The notes under the pieces were generated by a model. It ran no database searches and was not told the DNA's origin. It saw only the letters and a program-made list of their open reading frames with translations. Of a stretch of 64,000 nucleotides of DNA, positions 53,801 to 64,000 are shown one piece after another (position 1 is the first letter of the stretch; every line of letters begins with the position of its first letter). The position numbers and the translations under genes were made by a program. This stretch comes from Balanoglossus misakiensis (lineage: Eukaryota > Animalia > Hemichordata): assembly GCA_040954595.2 (NCBI GenBank), contig CM082584.2, positions 6,777,919-6,841,918 of the forward strand, in the 5' to 3' direction.

Positions 53801-56800
53801 GGTTACACTTACTGTCAACTACCTGTCTCTATTCTTCCATCAGATTCACTGTCCCTGCAAAATTGCGCAACGAAGTCTGGCCTACCATAGAGATTGACAA
53901 TGGCAAACGAAAATGCTAATTCTGTTCAAGCAGATAGTGAGCAACTGACGCCACTGTGCATGTATGATCGAGGCAACTGCACCCTGCTCATTGGCACTAA
54001 CAACGAAACACCAGGCCGCACACGGTTTGTCGGCAGATTACCAACCACACAAAATCAAGAAACAAACCATGGGCTTGAAATTGACCTAGTCATCAATAAT
54101 GACTTGCTGTACAAAGTAACAAGGGTGGCAATGGCGGCACGTGAAGATGACAATCCCCCCCGGCCCGTGACAATTACTCAGACTGGAAGAGTTACAACTA
54201 TCAAGAAAGACTGTCAAGGTTGTACAAATACGTATGCTGGTGAAAGGCACAATGTATACATTAGTAAAGTCAGTGGACAACCTGACCAGACAAAGATTGT
54301 ACATGTATTCAAATCACAGAGTGAGATGATAACAATGGCCACAGAAATCAGTGTAACTGTACACAATGTACATAATAGCAGAGTACGCAGGGTGCTTCAC
54401 GAAGCACTACAATTCACTAATAATAATGTAGAGATGGTTGATGGTTCTACTGAAGATTTCAACATCTGTGTAAAATACAAGAAAGCAGATGCAGAATTCT
54501 TCATTCAAGTAATACATAAATCCGCACAGCTAAATATTTTGTTCGGATTTCACATCATTATTTCAGGACAGAAAATAACACTAAAATTTGAGTTTGACAT
54601 TTCGACATATGCCATCTGGCATAAAGTTAAAGAAGTCATAGCAGACTTACGGGCAACTTTTGTTAAGGTTGTCAAAGAATATCGAAAAGAAGTTGCACAA
54701 CAGGTCATCAAAGAGGCTGCAAAGGAGACTACTAGAACAATTGGTCGAGAAGTTTTCACAAGATTTGCAGCACAGAAAATAGGGAAGATTTTCAGTCAAC
54801 AAGTCACCTACAAGGTTGTCAAGGAAATATTGAATGTTATTAAAGGTCACCAAGTCACCAAGGGGGTTGTCGAGGAAACAGGCAACGCTGTTGGTCAACA
54901 TGTTTCTAAAGAAGTTTTAGTTTTAGTGGCTACGTTGAAATGTCTCACTCTGGTAAATGTAGCCAATACAGTCTCGAAAATGACTGGCAAGGAAATTGGA
55001 AGAGGTTTTTGTCAACAAGTTTCCAAAGAACGTACAAGGCATAAGAGGCATCTCCTTGACTATATCTTTGCAGCTGTACTCGCTGCCATAAAAGAGGTTC
55101 AACAGTTATCCAGTGCTGGAGCAAAGAGAACTGGCAAAGAAGATGTGCAGGAAATTGGGGCGACAGCAGCAAAAGATGTGACTGCACAAAGTGCAAAGGA
55201 GGCAGTAAAAACAGGTACACAATTAACACTAAGAGAAACAGCCAAGTGTACAGCAATATTTGGGGCAGCAATTGATGGAGCGATTCTGACGTACCAGATG
55301 TACCATTTATGGAACGACGAGGAAAAAAGTCAAAAGAAAAAGAAAATTGAGAGCTGGCGACTAACAGGAGGAGCAGTTGGGAGTACGACTGGAAGTGTGG
55401 CTGGAGCAGTTGTTGGACAGATGCTTATACCAGTTCCTATGGTGGGTCCAGCAATCGGTGGATTCTTTGGTTCCATAGCCACAAGCTACTTTGGGAAGAA
55501 ATCTTTTGAAGCAATTGGGGAAACAGTGCATTCTGATTAAAAAAAGCAAACTAGTACAAATGCTACTGAAAACAAACTTACAGTAGCTGAAACACACTGC
55601 AAGAATACAGTTTTCCCCAAGAACAATTACGGAGGCTAATTTTCATAACAATTAATTTGATATAAGTATTATGCCAATTCGCTGACACACTATCAGAAAT
55701 TCCTGGGGAGTGGTGAGCCAAAAATAAGGTTTAAAGACATCAACTGGGCCTGAATTTGAGTTTGAAATTTTAAAGAAGCTCCTCATCATGTAATGGCTAC
55801 AAACTGCCAAAACATTATAAAGGCAAAACTATGAAAATGAGTGAGCAATTCTAAAAGCAAGAAATTTTATCAGAGGAACTGGCACCTTATGTATCTATTG
55901 GATGGACTTAATTTTCCATTGCATACAAAAATGTTGGCTAGTCCTCTGCCTCAATGAGAGAAGCACCAAGGGGCAGGGAAAGGGAAACCGCCATTTAAAG
56001 TAACAACATTTGATTGAACAGTGAATTATAGTACCCAGATTGGCTAAGTTATACCACTTCCTGATATTCAGTACTGCATTTACTGGCAATGAAAACTCAG
56101 TGTACAGTATACACATTGTACATAAAAAAATATGAAAACACATAAACTGACCATGAACAGTCAAACGATGAAAGATGCATGCACTTTACAGACTATTATG
56201 TAAATATATATATGCATGTGTCTTGTGCAACTTCTGAAAGCATATTTTTAATTTAAATAAGATGCAAATTGCTGTTTATATTACGGTACATTGTATTCTT
56301 ATTCTGATTTTAACTTGAGATCTTAATGTCAACAATTTTGGTATTACTTTAAGCTCCAGCCACTGTTTTAAAGTAAAATTTTAAGTATTAAAATCTTTAG
56401 CTGTAGTGTGTTGCTCCAGCCCTGCGCAAAATGTACACGTAGACGTACATTGTGAATTTGAACAGAACATCAAGTACTCCAGTGGTTACTGATCATCGTT
56501 ATTCGGACTGCAATCTTCTACAAAGACCTCTTCACAATCGACTGCAAAATGCTGCTCTGGATTCCAGATGACATTACAACATGTGTGTGAAGTTCATTCG
56601 TGTTAGACTTTACAGTTTGTTACAAATGAACAATTATTGAGGAATCACAGAATTTTCAAATCTTTTTTGTCTTTTGATTTCAATTAGAGTTTGATTAAAT
56701 TACATATGAGGGTCAGTGATCAATTGCAGCTGTGTGTGTCTTTCTTTCACTCTGAAGAGATTTATTGGCCTTCTGTGACATGCCCAATGTTTTATGCTTG

Positions 56801-58628
56801 TGTCTGATGATAGAATGTACCTTGGCGTGATTGTCATTTTTTCCACTTGACCTAGGGAGTTCAGAATCCAATATGGCGGCTATACGAACTCTCCCCCGCA
56901 GTAAATTTTTGGAGATTTTAAAGTCGCCGTTTTTCAATTTTTTGGCGTCGTTCAATAATAATTTTACGCTAAATAATGAAGCAGATAGAACATCATTGAC
57001 CACATCTCAGCTTACTCTACATGAAGCTGTTCTATTTTGGTGAGGGGTACCAGACTCCCAATTGGAGGATGGTGGGTTTGAGACTTGTACCGGGACATGG
57101 CCGTGGACTAGTCTATCAGAGGATGGTGACTTCATCATGGCTGTGATGTTGTGCCTTTGAGCAAGGCACTTCACTTCTCATTGTTTCATGGGTGTATGTT
57201 CATGTGTGCGGGTGTGTGTTGATAAAAACAAAAAGAAATTGTAAATGGGACTACTGAGGGCTCTGTACAGAGTGTACATGTACCAGGCGAACTGTTGTAT
57301 TGTTTTGTGTATCTACTGCACTTTCTAGTTGAAATCCCAAAGCATGATGAAATCCCGAGTTTCCAGCTTATTGACACAACCTTCATGTATGTAGTGGGCA
57401 ATGTTATTGTGCAAAATTTGAATTCAAGTCCAGATTAGAATTCAACTGTCAACAATAACAACAGCCTTTACACACATACAGACAGAGGCTGCTGGGAATA
57501 TTGAGCAAGCTGTTAGGAGTAGAGCAAATTGCATTTGACACACAGAACAAAAATACCTGTTACTCATGCCCATACATTTATCATTAAAAGATAATGAGAT
57601 CTAACCCAGGTTGCATTTGCATATAGTAAATGTCCGTAAAGTATGAAAATAAATGGGAAGTCTGCACATTACTCATTAGACCAGGCAGTAGTTTTCCTAC
57701 CGGTCAATGGAAGAGCTCTTGCTCCATCAGATAATGTTTCAAGCAATGCACATTGCAGAAGCGTGCAATATTTACAATCATAATCAGGTTCAGTCCACCA
57801 TGAGAGAATTTGTACGTGTAGGGGTTTTACATGGTATTGTGTGTGCAAGCATCCTGCATGATCATAACTAGCTGCAATAATTGTACTATTTCAACTTTGC
57901 CTTGGTGGTGGGCTGGTGCCATGGTGTATTATTTCGCTGTCAGCTGGCCACCACCAAGGCTACAATTATTGCAGCTAGGTCATAACAGCACTTTCTGGTG
58001 CATATAACTGTTTCTACTGAGTTTGTCTATGGGTGTATAGACATGTGGATAGTGTTGTTTTAGTGGTAGAATCACCATGACGGAAGAAATAAAAAAAGTC
58101 AAAGATAAAATATATCCCTGATTCCTAAAAGAAATGCAATAATATGGCCCAATTGCCCTCCATTTTATTGGAAGCAGCTTTCTTTGCCAATGACACAAAA
58201 ATCGGACCCAGCAAGCCCCGCGTACAGGTCAGTGTGTTGCTTTCACACGTACACACGGACCTGCTGCAGGGAGGGGGGCGTCACACATGAAACGGTGTTC
58301 ATGTGTTTGTTTACATTTTCCCATTCATGGCCATTAATATATGCAGTGTTAATTTCTTTGAATGTGCACAAAATGAATGAGGCAGGGTAATATGCATGCA
58401 TTTGTCAAATTTAAATTTACTGGCACAGCACACCATTCACGGGAATGCAACCACAGTTGAGCGACTGCGCAACTTCTTGCTACAAAATTAGCACTGCATA
58501 ATGCAGGCTGCAACGACAACAAAAGAAATTGTCACGCTTTGTAATTCTAATGCCGTATTTCTCACCTTTTCTATGTTTTCAACGGTGATTTCTGGAGGTG
58601 TTGCAGACTGAGCTGGACCTTCGGCCAT
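23899..58628 (-). CDS. IPO13: Importin-13 (importin-beta family HEAT-repeat transport receptor), complete, 25 coding exons, 967 aa
   Basis: Phase-consistent exons: 58628-58566, 47690-47565, 47159-47101, 46718-46610, 46300-46202, 45792-45739, 45603-45531, 45322-45106, 44828-44744, 44473-44354, 43984-43904, 43743-43605, 43436-43387, 43139-43047, 42786-42639, 42356-42145, 41870-41736, 40936-40706, 40407-40270, 40034-39935, 39566-39514, 38853-38728, 38400-38311, 34750-34569, 24019-23899; total 2904 nt. Diagnostic motifs: [17 protein letters not shown]...AQKWL...[99 protein letters not shown]. Confidence 0.95.
38473..38572. repeat. Long imperfect palindrome (foldback MITE-like remnant) in an IPO13 intron
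   Basis: Left arm cgtttgtagaatatgagagaaaaaatctcgccaaaatgaataaatggt versus reverse complement of the right arm cgcttgtagacaggagagtgaaaaaacttgccaaaatgaataatcggt. Weaker symmetry extends to about 38443-38610. Confidence 0.75.
40990..41285. mobile_element. TTAA-flanked MITE (Kolobok/piggyBac-type target site)
   Basis: TTAA at 40990-40993 and 41282-41285. Imperfect TIRs: AGgcaacagatcgtctcacgcgcatg versus AGcgcctagctcgtctcacatgcatg (reverse complement of the right end). Confidence 0.65.
48332..48411 (+). repeat. 80-bp perfect direct repeat, copy 1 (contains kB-consensus GGGAAACTCC at 48383-48392)
   Basis: aaagttggttcctttattgagaacacaagagagtggtccgagctttgccaagggaaactcccctgttttgttcgagagtg is identical to 52119-52198. 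Confidence 0.95.
48621..48803. mobile_element. hAT-like MITE (~170 bp) with target-site duplication
   Basis: Element 48628-48796 begins CAGTGTTTTTGTTAAGG and ends CCTTAGCAAAAACACCTG. Flanked by ACTTTAG on both sides (48621-48627 and 48797-48803; 8 bp GACTTTAG if the adjacent G is counted). Confidence 0.7.
49153..49941 (+). CDS. Uncharacterized 262-aa protein with acidic low-complexity N-terminus and glycine-zipper-like hydrophobic domain; nested antisense in IPO13 intron 1
   Basis: Intact ORF with strong Kozak ACCATGG. Candidate acceptor ccatttAG at 49128-49129, upstream donor CAG|GTAAGA at 48587/48588, AATAAA at 50249-50254. Clear motif-level homology to the 53900-55540 protein. Confidence 0.8.
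   Translation: MADPGRNIYASPFPTSDFNQTPYSHESSRVARTDSEDDDSAPSVTFAGDDGVSSEGRREGAVDGETADGGAGDKTELPVTAGGLVTGGAAQFYKPKPVPVMTAVRNVAVLSGMYLAIRLVPLWLFDGRSVPAKKVATWRVAGELVGSLAGTVIRHYAVPVVGKVAGLIIVPLASYLGQVSFEAIGNRLHAIEQNPATGPIYVRLHGNQQNVLAVRLYASQHDYFRLRANEQGTIQLFIDGQDYRRLHGHLQENRRLFAFQED
51884..51933 (+). ncRNA. Minimal type I hammerhead ribozyme motif of the Penelope-like element kind
   Basis: CC-CTGATGA-A (core 51892-51898), perfect stem II GTGGGATTAATCCCAC (51900-51915), GAAA (51916-51919), then C-GTC (palindromic ACGT mini helix III, cleavage triplet GUC at 51921-51923), then GG closing a short stem I. Confidence 0.7.
51940..52121 (+). mobile_element. 3' end of a Helentron-associated (HINE/DINE-like) non-autonomous element
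   Basis: (ACAT)n/(ACAG)n microsatellite at ~51994-52071 followed by a terminal stem-loop AGGTCCCAT-ggtacatacca-ATGGGACCT and an A-run, the usual HINE terminal architecture. Confidence 0.6.
52119..52198 (+). repeat. 80-bp perfect direct repeat, copy 2 (kB-consensus GGGAAACTCC at 52170-52179)
   Basis: Identical to 48332-48411. Confidence 0.95.
52143..53463 (+). mobile_element. Degenerate HINE-like element with duplicated internal core
   Basis: Starts ACAAGAG. Two diverged ~160-bp internal repeats (gttggcaaaaagtcaaaacaca...ataagattctgta at ~52264-52428 and ~52806-52959), then ccaaatttggttgaaatt, degenerate (ACAG)n at ~53382-53418 and a terminal GGGGACTAA. Confidence 0.5.
53900..55540 (+). CDS. 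Uncharacterized 546-aa protein with C-terminal glycine-zipper-like hydrophobic domain; nested antisense in IPO13 intron 1
   Basis: 1641-nt intact ORF in AT-rich DNA, far too long for chance. ATG at 53900 in good context (ACAATGG); strong acceptor tctctattcttccatcAG at 53842-53843 implies a non-coding upstream exon. C-terminus [35 protein letters not shown]. Confidence 0.88.
   Translation: MANENANSVQADSEQLTPLCMYDRGNCTLLIGTNNETPGRTRFVGRLPTTQNQETNHGLEIDLVINNDLLYKVTRVAMAAREDDNPPRPVTITQTGRVTTIKKDCQGCTNTYAGERHNVYISKVSGQPDQTKIVHVFKSQSEMITMATEISVTVHNVHNSRVRRVLHEALQFTNNNVEMVDGSTEDFNICVKYKKADAEFFIQVIHKSAQLNILFGFHIIISGQKITLKFEFDISTYAIWHKVKEVIADLRATFVKVVKEYRKEVAQQVIKEAAKETTRTIGREVFTRFAAQKIGKIFSQQVTYKVVKEILNVIKGHQVTKGVVEETGNAVGQHVSKEVLVLVATLKCLTLVNVANTVSKMTGKEIGRGFCQQVSKERTRHKRHLLDYIFAAVLAAIKEVQQLSSAGAKRTGKEDVQEIGATAAKDVTAQSAKEAVKTGTQLTLRETAKCTAIFGAAIDGAILTYQMYHLWNDEEKSQKKKKIESWRLTGGAVGSTTGSVAGAVVGQMLIPVPMVGPAIGGFFGSIATSYFGKKSFEAIGETVHSD
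57039..57460 (+). mobile_element. Degenerate tRNA-derived CORE-type SINE remnant
   Basis: tRNA-like head (tggtgaggggtaccagactcccaattggaggatggtgggtttgagac, B-box-like), then tgtgcctttgagcaaggcacttcacttctc...tgtaaatggg resembling the CORE motif TGTGACCTTGGGCAAGTCACTTAACCTCTC...TGTAAAATGGG, and a short (ACA)n-like tail. Boundaries approximate. Confidence 0.5.
57868..57978. repeat. Nested perfect inverted repeats forming a ~110-nt hairpin
   Basis: ctagctgcaataattgta (57868-57885) pairs with tacaattattgcagctag (57961-57978); gccttggtggtgg (57899-57911) pairs with ccaccaccaaggc (57948-57960). Confidence 0.9.
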
Positions 58629-58926
58629 GGCGACAGCTTCCTGGTGGCACTCCGTTCTCGCAGGTCAAGTCCCGGTCGACACTTTCCAAACTACACTTTT
58701 GTGAACGATCAGCTGGCTCTTGCTGCAGAGACTATTATACTGGGATGTACAGGGGCGAGTGTGGTTCGTCACCTCGGACAGCTTGAATTCGCGGTGGAAA
58801 TCTTTCTGGCTGTGAAGAAGACGGTTGCCGATGTCGGTGGGGTGGAGAAAGTTACTTTCAAGAACGCGTTGGCACTTGTGACCCTAAAAAAACGTGGTAC
58901 TTTGGATATTTGACAAGTATAAGGAG

Positions 58927-58938
58927 GCCGCCATCTTG
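58927..58938 (-). promoter_or_regulatory. YY1-type motif near the probable IPO13 transcription start
   Basis: CAAGATGGCGGC on the minus strand ~300 bp upstream of the ATG, at the edge of a CpG-rich 5' region; typical of TATA-less housekeeping promoters. Confidence 0.55.
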
Positions 58939-61206
58939 ATCCAAGAGGCGATTGAGGGCGTCCTTTCGCGAGAAAATAATATCACGGACTCGACAGGTGC
59001 CTGCCAGGGACAACATGCATTTATCGAGACATTTCCAATTGCAATCAGTCAGTTAACATTAAAATTTTAAAAGATATGTCATTAATAAATCATGAATATG
59101 AATAAATTTGGTCATTATGCCAGTAGTCTACTTAATTGCACTGCATCCCTGAATGATGGGTATAGAAATTATTTATGTCAAAAAAATGCGCCAAGAGTTG
59201 TAGTATGGACGCAATATCTTTCCGTCTAATACCCTCCGTGGTTGCCAATAGAAAAGCATCGCATATACTTATTATGTGGATAACATGGCACGTAATGGAG
59301 GCCAAAATTCAGACGACACTGTCAACATTCGGATCGACCCACATTTTCAACTCTCAAGCCAACATTTTCAACTGAGTCTCACTGTTCACTATTTCAGACT
59401 GTGGAGGAGCAGAGAGTGAAACTGTAGCGGGAAATAATTTTAATCTCCAAGGGAGGTACATTTCTGTTTGTCCACGACTCTTTTTTATACGATGGTTAAA
59501 TGGCTGGCATACCCATTATCACCAAATCTCTGGAGAAGAGAGTTAGGCCATTACAATTTCGCGTAAAATGTGATAGTTTAACCGGACCACCAGCTGTGAA
59601 ATACAGATGAATCTGACAATACATTATCCACCCCACAGACATTTCACATTTGAAGTTAAACCCTTCGAAAAAATAGATTTTTAATTTCTGTATTTAATTG
59701 CTATTCTAGCGCGTGATTTAGTGCAAAGTACGGTTTTGTCATTTTGCTATTGCATGCGGATATTTTAATAAGCTTTATATGGCCCGAATTTCTCAATTTC
59801 CGCATTTACTCAGCTGTGGTAGGAAAAGGTGGAGATCACACTTACACACACCGGCTCCAAAATGGCCGAAGCGAGACCAAATTTTCCATCAATCGCGGGC
59901 AGAAATATTTTGCTATAGGCCGAACCAGAACTAACGCCGGTTGAAAGTCTTAGTACCATCGGTCCTTAAAAACTATGTCTCAATCTGATTCTATTGTTAT
60001 GCGCTTTTGAAAGCTTTCAATTTAGGGTACAGTTCCGGGAGACGAAGTTTAAATACCGTCATAAAAGTAAATTGGAGAAAAAAAATCGCAGTCTGGTCGT
60101 TAACAGCGAACATAGATAGCCTTTTTTTTAATTTCTACTGTTTTATGTAGTATTGCTATCTATGTAGCTCAGTATATGGAAAAACTCGCTTATTTCAAGG
60201 CTGACTCGGAAGCAGGTGGTTGAACTCAAAATATAGTTACCAAGGCAACGCGATATTTAGTGTGATCCTGGCAAATATGTGCATCATACCAATACATGCG
60301 ATGTGTTTTTTTCTGGTTAAAAAAATTACATTATACTGCCTTATTTGGAAAGTGACTTTTTTCATATGCAAATAACATGTTCTCAATACTAGAACCAAGC
60401 TTGCCTGTTGTTGTGTTTCAAACACTCGGGACCAATTTCTATTTACTGTCTAAAAGAGATTAAAACGCCATAGAATGTTTTCTTGTGATTTTTTTTAATT
60501 AACAGCATTCTTCCAGTGCGTTTCACAATACCAGTAAAATCCACTGAGTAGACACTGAGCGTTCAGTTTGTTGGTCGACCAATGATTTCATCACGTTTTT
60601 ATTCGCACGCAGGCAACAGCTTTTGTAAATAGCATTTTTTATCGTAATGTATAGTTTTTACTGTCTTTTGCCCACGTGCACAGGCGAATAACGAAGTAAC
60701 TGACGTGTACATATACATATATCGCCTGGAATCCGATAACGCAAATGATGTCGTTCAACGTTGGGAGATTGGGGACACAGACCGTGACGAGAGCCAGATC
60801 GCAGATAAGATATAGGCTACATGTATTTGCAAATATCACGTAATGTGGGCGTTATTCTTCAAAGCTTCAGGGGCAAGGGCGCGTATCAAAATCTACGAGT
60901 GGGCCTAAATGGTATCTTTTGGCGTTAAAAAAAGAAATTCTCGCTTATATTACTAAACACAACGAAGCAACCGAGACTGAATATACACTTATCACGCGTA
61001 TATAATACCTACTGGTATAAGATTACCCACAATGCCCCAGTCTCGCTATCCAGTGGCGTACAGTGTACCTGCATGCATTATTAATATATCAAGCTGGGTC
61101 GATATTATAATAAAGCGAGCAAATGGAAGATAAAGCAGCGCGTGAGGACCGGTTTTACATGATAAAAGCGCAGAGAGTCCGGGTGTACGCTCCTTCGCCG
61201 CCGGCC

Positions 61207-61312
61207 ATGGCACGAAGAGTGCGGCGAAACGCCAAGTATCTCATGCTTCTGCTGTGGGTGGTGGCTTGCGCGTCTCTGGTCATCGTGTTTTCGAGCTGGC
61301 AGAGTCGCCGAG
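61207..61312 (+). CDS. First coding exon of a type II single-pass membrane protein (Golgi glycosyltransferase/sulfotransferase-like topology); no further exon identified in the window
   Basis: GCCATGG Kozak; MARRVRRNAKYLMLLLWVVACASLVIVFSSWQSRR is a basic cytoplasmic tail plus signal anchor; donor AG|GTAACG at 61312/61313; CpG-rich context; head-to-head with IPO13 (~2.6 kb between ATGs). Confidence 0.72.
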
Positions 61313-63569
61313 GTAACGTAGGCCACTTTTATCCTATTGTACTTTTTTTAGTGGTGGCTGGTTTCTCTATACACACACACGCACACACGATCACTTCCAC
61401 GGCTGTTGCCAAACATATGGATCGCTCAATTGTTCGGACGCGGCGCTTAAACTTGAACCGTTTCCCCACTTTTCCAAAGCCCAATCCGCGAACGTTCCAC
61501 CGTATCGGTTACAGCTAGATTAATAACGTTATTCAACCGCCCTGATAAAAACCGATTGGCGTTGCCGTGTGCCGTTATTCCAAAAAAACTATAGCATGCA
61601 TCATACCAGCGATGCGGAGTGCGTTTATATTGTTGTGGTGCACGCGCTGACGTGACGCACACCTCAATATTACACATTTCCCACCGTACAGTACTTTCTG
61701 AACCAATTTAACAGTTGGCAGTTTCATTTACCAGAACTATACTATTTCAACGCAATGAGGAAAAAACACAGTTATTATACGCGCTAGTTAATTCCGACCG
61801 GACGTTGTACATATAAAAATCGTCATAGAGAGCCATACGGATTTAACACCTACAGGAAGGTCCAGGAGACAAATACCTGGAAAACCAGTGTTATGCCACG
61901 GCATGGCTCTGAGTAATTTAATGGAACCGTGATACCTGCACTAAACATTTCGGTAACATCGCAGTTTCGACCTCTGTGTGAACCCCAGAGTTAATAGGTC
62001 TAATTTACAACACCGAAATATACCGTATTAGGTAATTAATGCCATTATTAATTATTAATATGAAAGGTTCCACGGGGTCACGAACGATAGGAGAATCCAA
62101 ACGATCACCATGGCGGTGACTGTCTTCAAAGTCTTGTTTGCCCAAGGGTCTATGTTTAAATGAATGGTTCCCCCACTGTAAGAAAAACCCATTTGCGTTA
62201 TTGTATACTGGTATTTTCTTATCTTTCTACCAGACGGTAAAATCTATCTATGTGTGCGTGAAAATCCCCCGACGTAATAGTCAATGCAATGATGTCTCCG
62301 CATTTACCATTATTAATTACTATACTTTTGCTGATGCTGACGAAATGGAAGCGTGTCAGTCTTATGTATTTTCAAAGATAATGTCGATTTTTATTTACTT
62401 TTTATAATCCAAGAGGCACAGCTTGCACCAATTCGCATTGGAAAGCTTAGACCCATGCCAATGAAACGCAGAAAACTTGTGTTGTGTTGTGTCGTGTTGT
62501 GTGTGTGTGTGTGTGGGGGGGGGGGGTTCGGTCAATTATTCAAATAACAATTACAGTAATTTCATATGTCCGGGAATATAGCCAGACCGCTTGGTTTCTT
62601 GTCTAATATAAAATGCCCATGAGTCAACGGAGGCACTTTAGGACACAGGTCAAAGGTCGCCGACTTCTCGTGGTTTTCATTACAACATATCCAACCCAGT
62701 GGTATTTGCCACGTCTGAAACCGAATAAGGTAACAGTTGTCAGGCTGGCACACTCTAAGTCTTAGGTAAACACCACGTATATCCGCGCGTGCACAGTTGT
62801 CCACCTAAGTAACCATGGTAACCAGTCATCTATTACTTTAAAATTAGGTCTGTACACAAAATACGCACATCTATTAGCCAGGCGGATTTCCCGGCGTCTG
62901 CAGGGATGCAACTGGCGATTGCAATAATTGGACGGCGATTGATTGGTAACTCGGCCATATGGATAGACTCTCATATCAAATGCAAATACACGTGCAAATA
63001 TCACCATGATAAAAGTTTTCCGTCTGGGTCAGCGCGAAACTCTGACCTATTTCTAAATGTTCAATGCCACGTTAATTTTTAAAGTGGTAATTTGGATACT
63101 GAATAGTGGCATGCACTCTTTTATACCAGCAGAATGCTCCGTTGGCTACCCACATTAGACTTGCAAATCACTAACTTTTGATGAAATTTCTTCATTCAAT
63201 ATGCTGTTCTAATAATTATCGAATTTTAAATTATCGCGTTTCTTCCTAGCCTTGTTCACACCTTTTGTACTGGCCGGGGCATATGCCATTGATAACTTCA
63301 AAATTGTACCAAAGATCAACCAAAATTAGTCTTTTAGAGTATTTTTTTTCTTCGTATAACAAGAATGCTGTAGACCAAACAGCCTACACGACAAGTTCCT
63401 TAAACCCGAACGTCAGTCCTTTTCTTTTCGTTTTTAATAGCGCAAAAGCTTCCCTCACGTGACAGAGCAGTCTCGAAACGCGCAAAAGGTGAGGGCAGAA
63501 GTTTAGGCTATAGATGTAGTACTTTTATCCCTTTCAAACACGAGGTCCAGCGTCAGGCCTGAGAGGGTT

Positions 63570-63740
63570 TTATACTAACCAGCATATGTGCACGTACTAA
63601 TACAGACTGTGTGCACGTACTAAACCCAAGCTTGCACGTGCCATACCAGAAAATTGGCACTAATAGCCCGTGTGTGTTATACTAATCCGTAATATGTGTG
63701 CACGTACTAATCCAGAAAGTGTGCGCGTGCCAAACTAGAA
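63570..63740. repeat. Degenerate minisatellite, ~22-25-bp unit
   Basis: Recurring tgtgcacgtactaat(a/c)caga-like units at about 63586, 63610 and 63697, with diverged units between. Confidence 0.65.
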
Positions 63741-64000
63741 TGTAGACATTGCACACTGAATGATCAAGACAAATTGTTTGTATACGATCGGATATCAACA
63801 CGATTCAACGGTGCGACAAATGATAAATTGTAATGTCACTTGTAATTATCTACGCAATAGTCACGGGACTAATAAAAAGCATATACCATGTCAAAAATCA
63901 GTGAATATTGTATCCATTGTATCTCGCAGAAAACCCGACTGTAGTGCAAGATGTCGACCCTTTTGACGAAGAATTCAAAGGTAAGATATCACTGAAGACA

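Noticed and set aside
57039-57095. tRNA-like sequence
   Set aside because: Degenerate B-box and no complete cloverleaf; better explained as a SINE head.
61123-61518. 131-aa single-exon ORF as listed in the track
   Set aside because: The ATG at 61207 has better context and gives a typical type II N-terminus, and sequence after the donor at 61313 looks intronic.

Overview
Eukaryotic (animal) genomic DNA with GT-AG introns. It is probably a marine invertebrate, possibly a deuterostome; this is inferred from the proteins and repeat types only. Four coding loci were reconstructed by hand. (1) On the minus strand, the 5' ~2,300 codons (12 exons, 11630 to <1) of an apolipoprotein B/apolipophorin-type large lipid transfer protein. 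Its C-terminal half is extremely rich in N-glycosylation sequons and includes a 36-aa tandem repeat with six sequons per unit. (2) A complete 25-exon importin-13 gene (IPO13, 58628 to 23899, minus strand, 967 aa). (3) Two single-coding-exon genes on the plus strand nested in IPO13 intron 1 (49153-49941 and 53900-55540). They share a glycine-zipper-like domain, and each lies downstream of an identical 80-bp block carrying an NF-kB-consensus site, among Helentron-like (HINE) remnants and a Penelope-type minimal hammerhead ribozyme motif. (4) The first coding exon of a type II membrane protein (61207-61312, plus strand), divergent from IPO13. The remainder is intronic or intergenic DNA with MITEs, a CORE-SINE-like remnant and micro/minisatellites. 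Most ORFs in the supplied track are shadow or chance ORFs. No rRNA, tRNA or CRISPR array was seen. All homology calls rest on recalled motifs; no database search was run.
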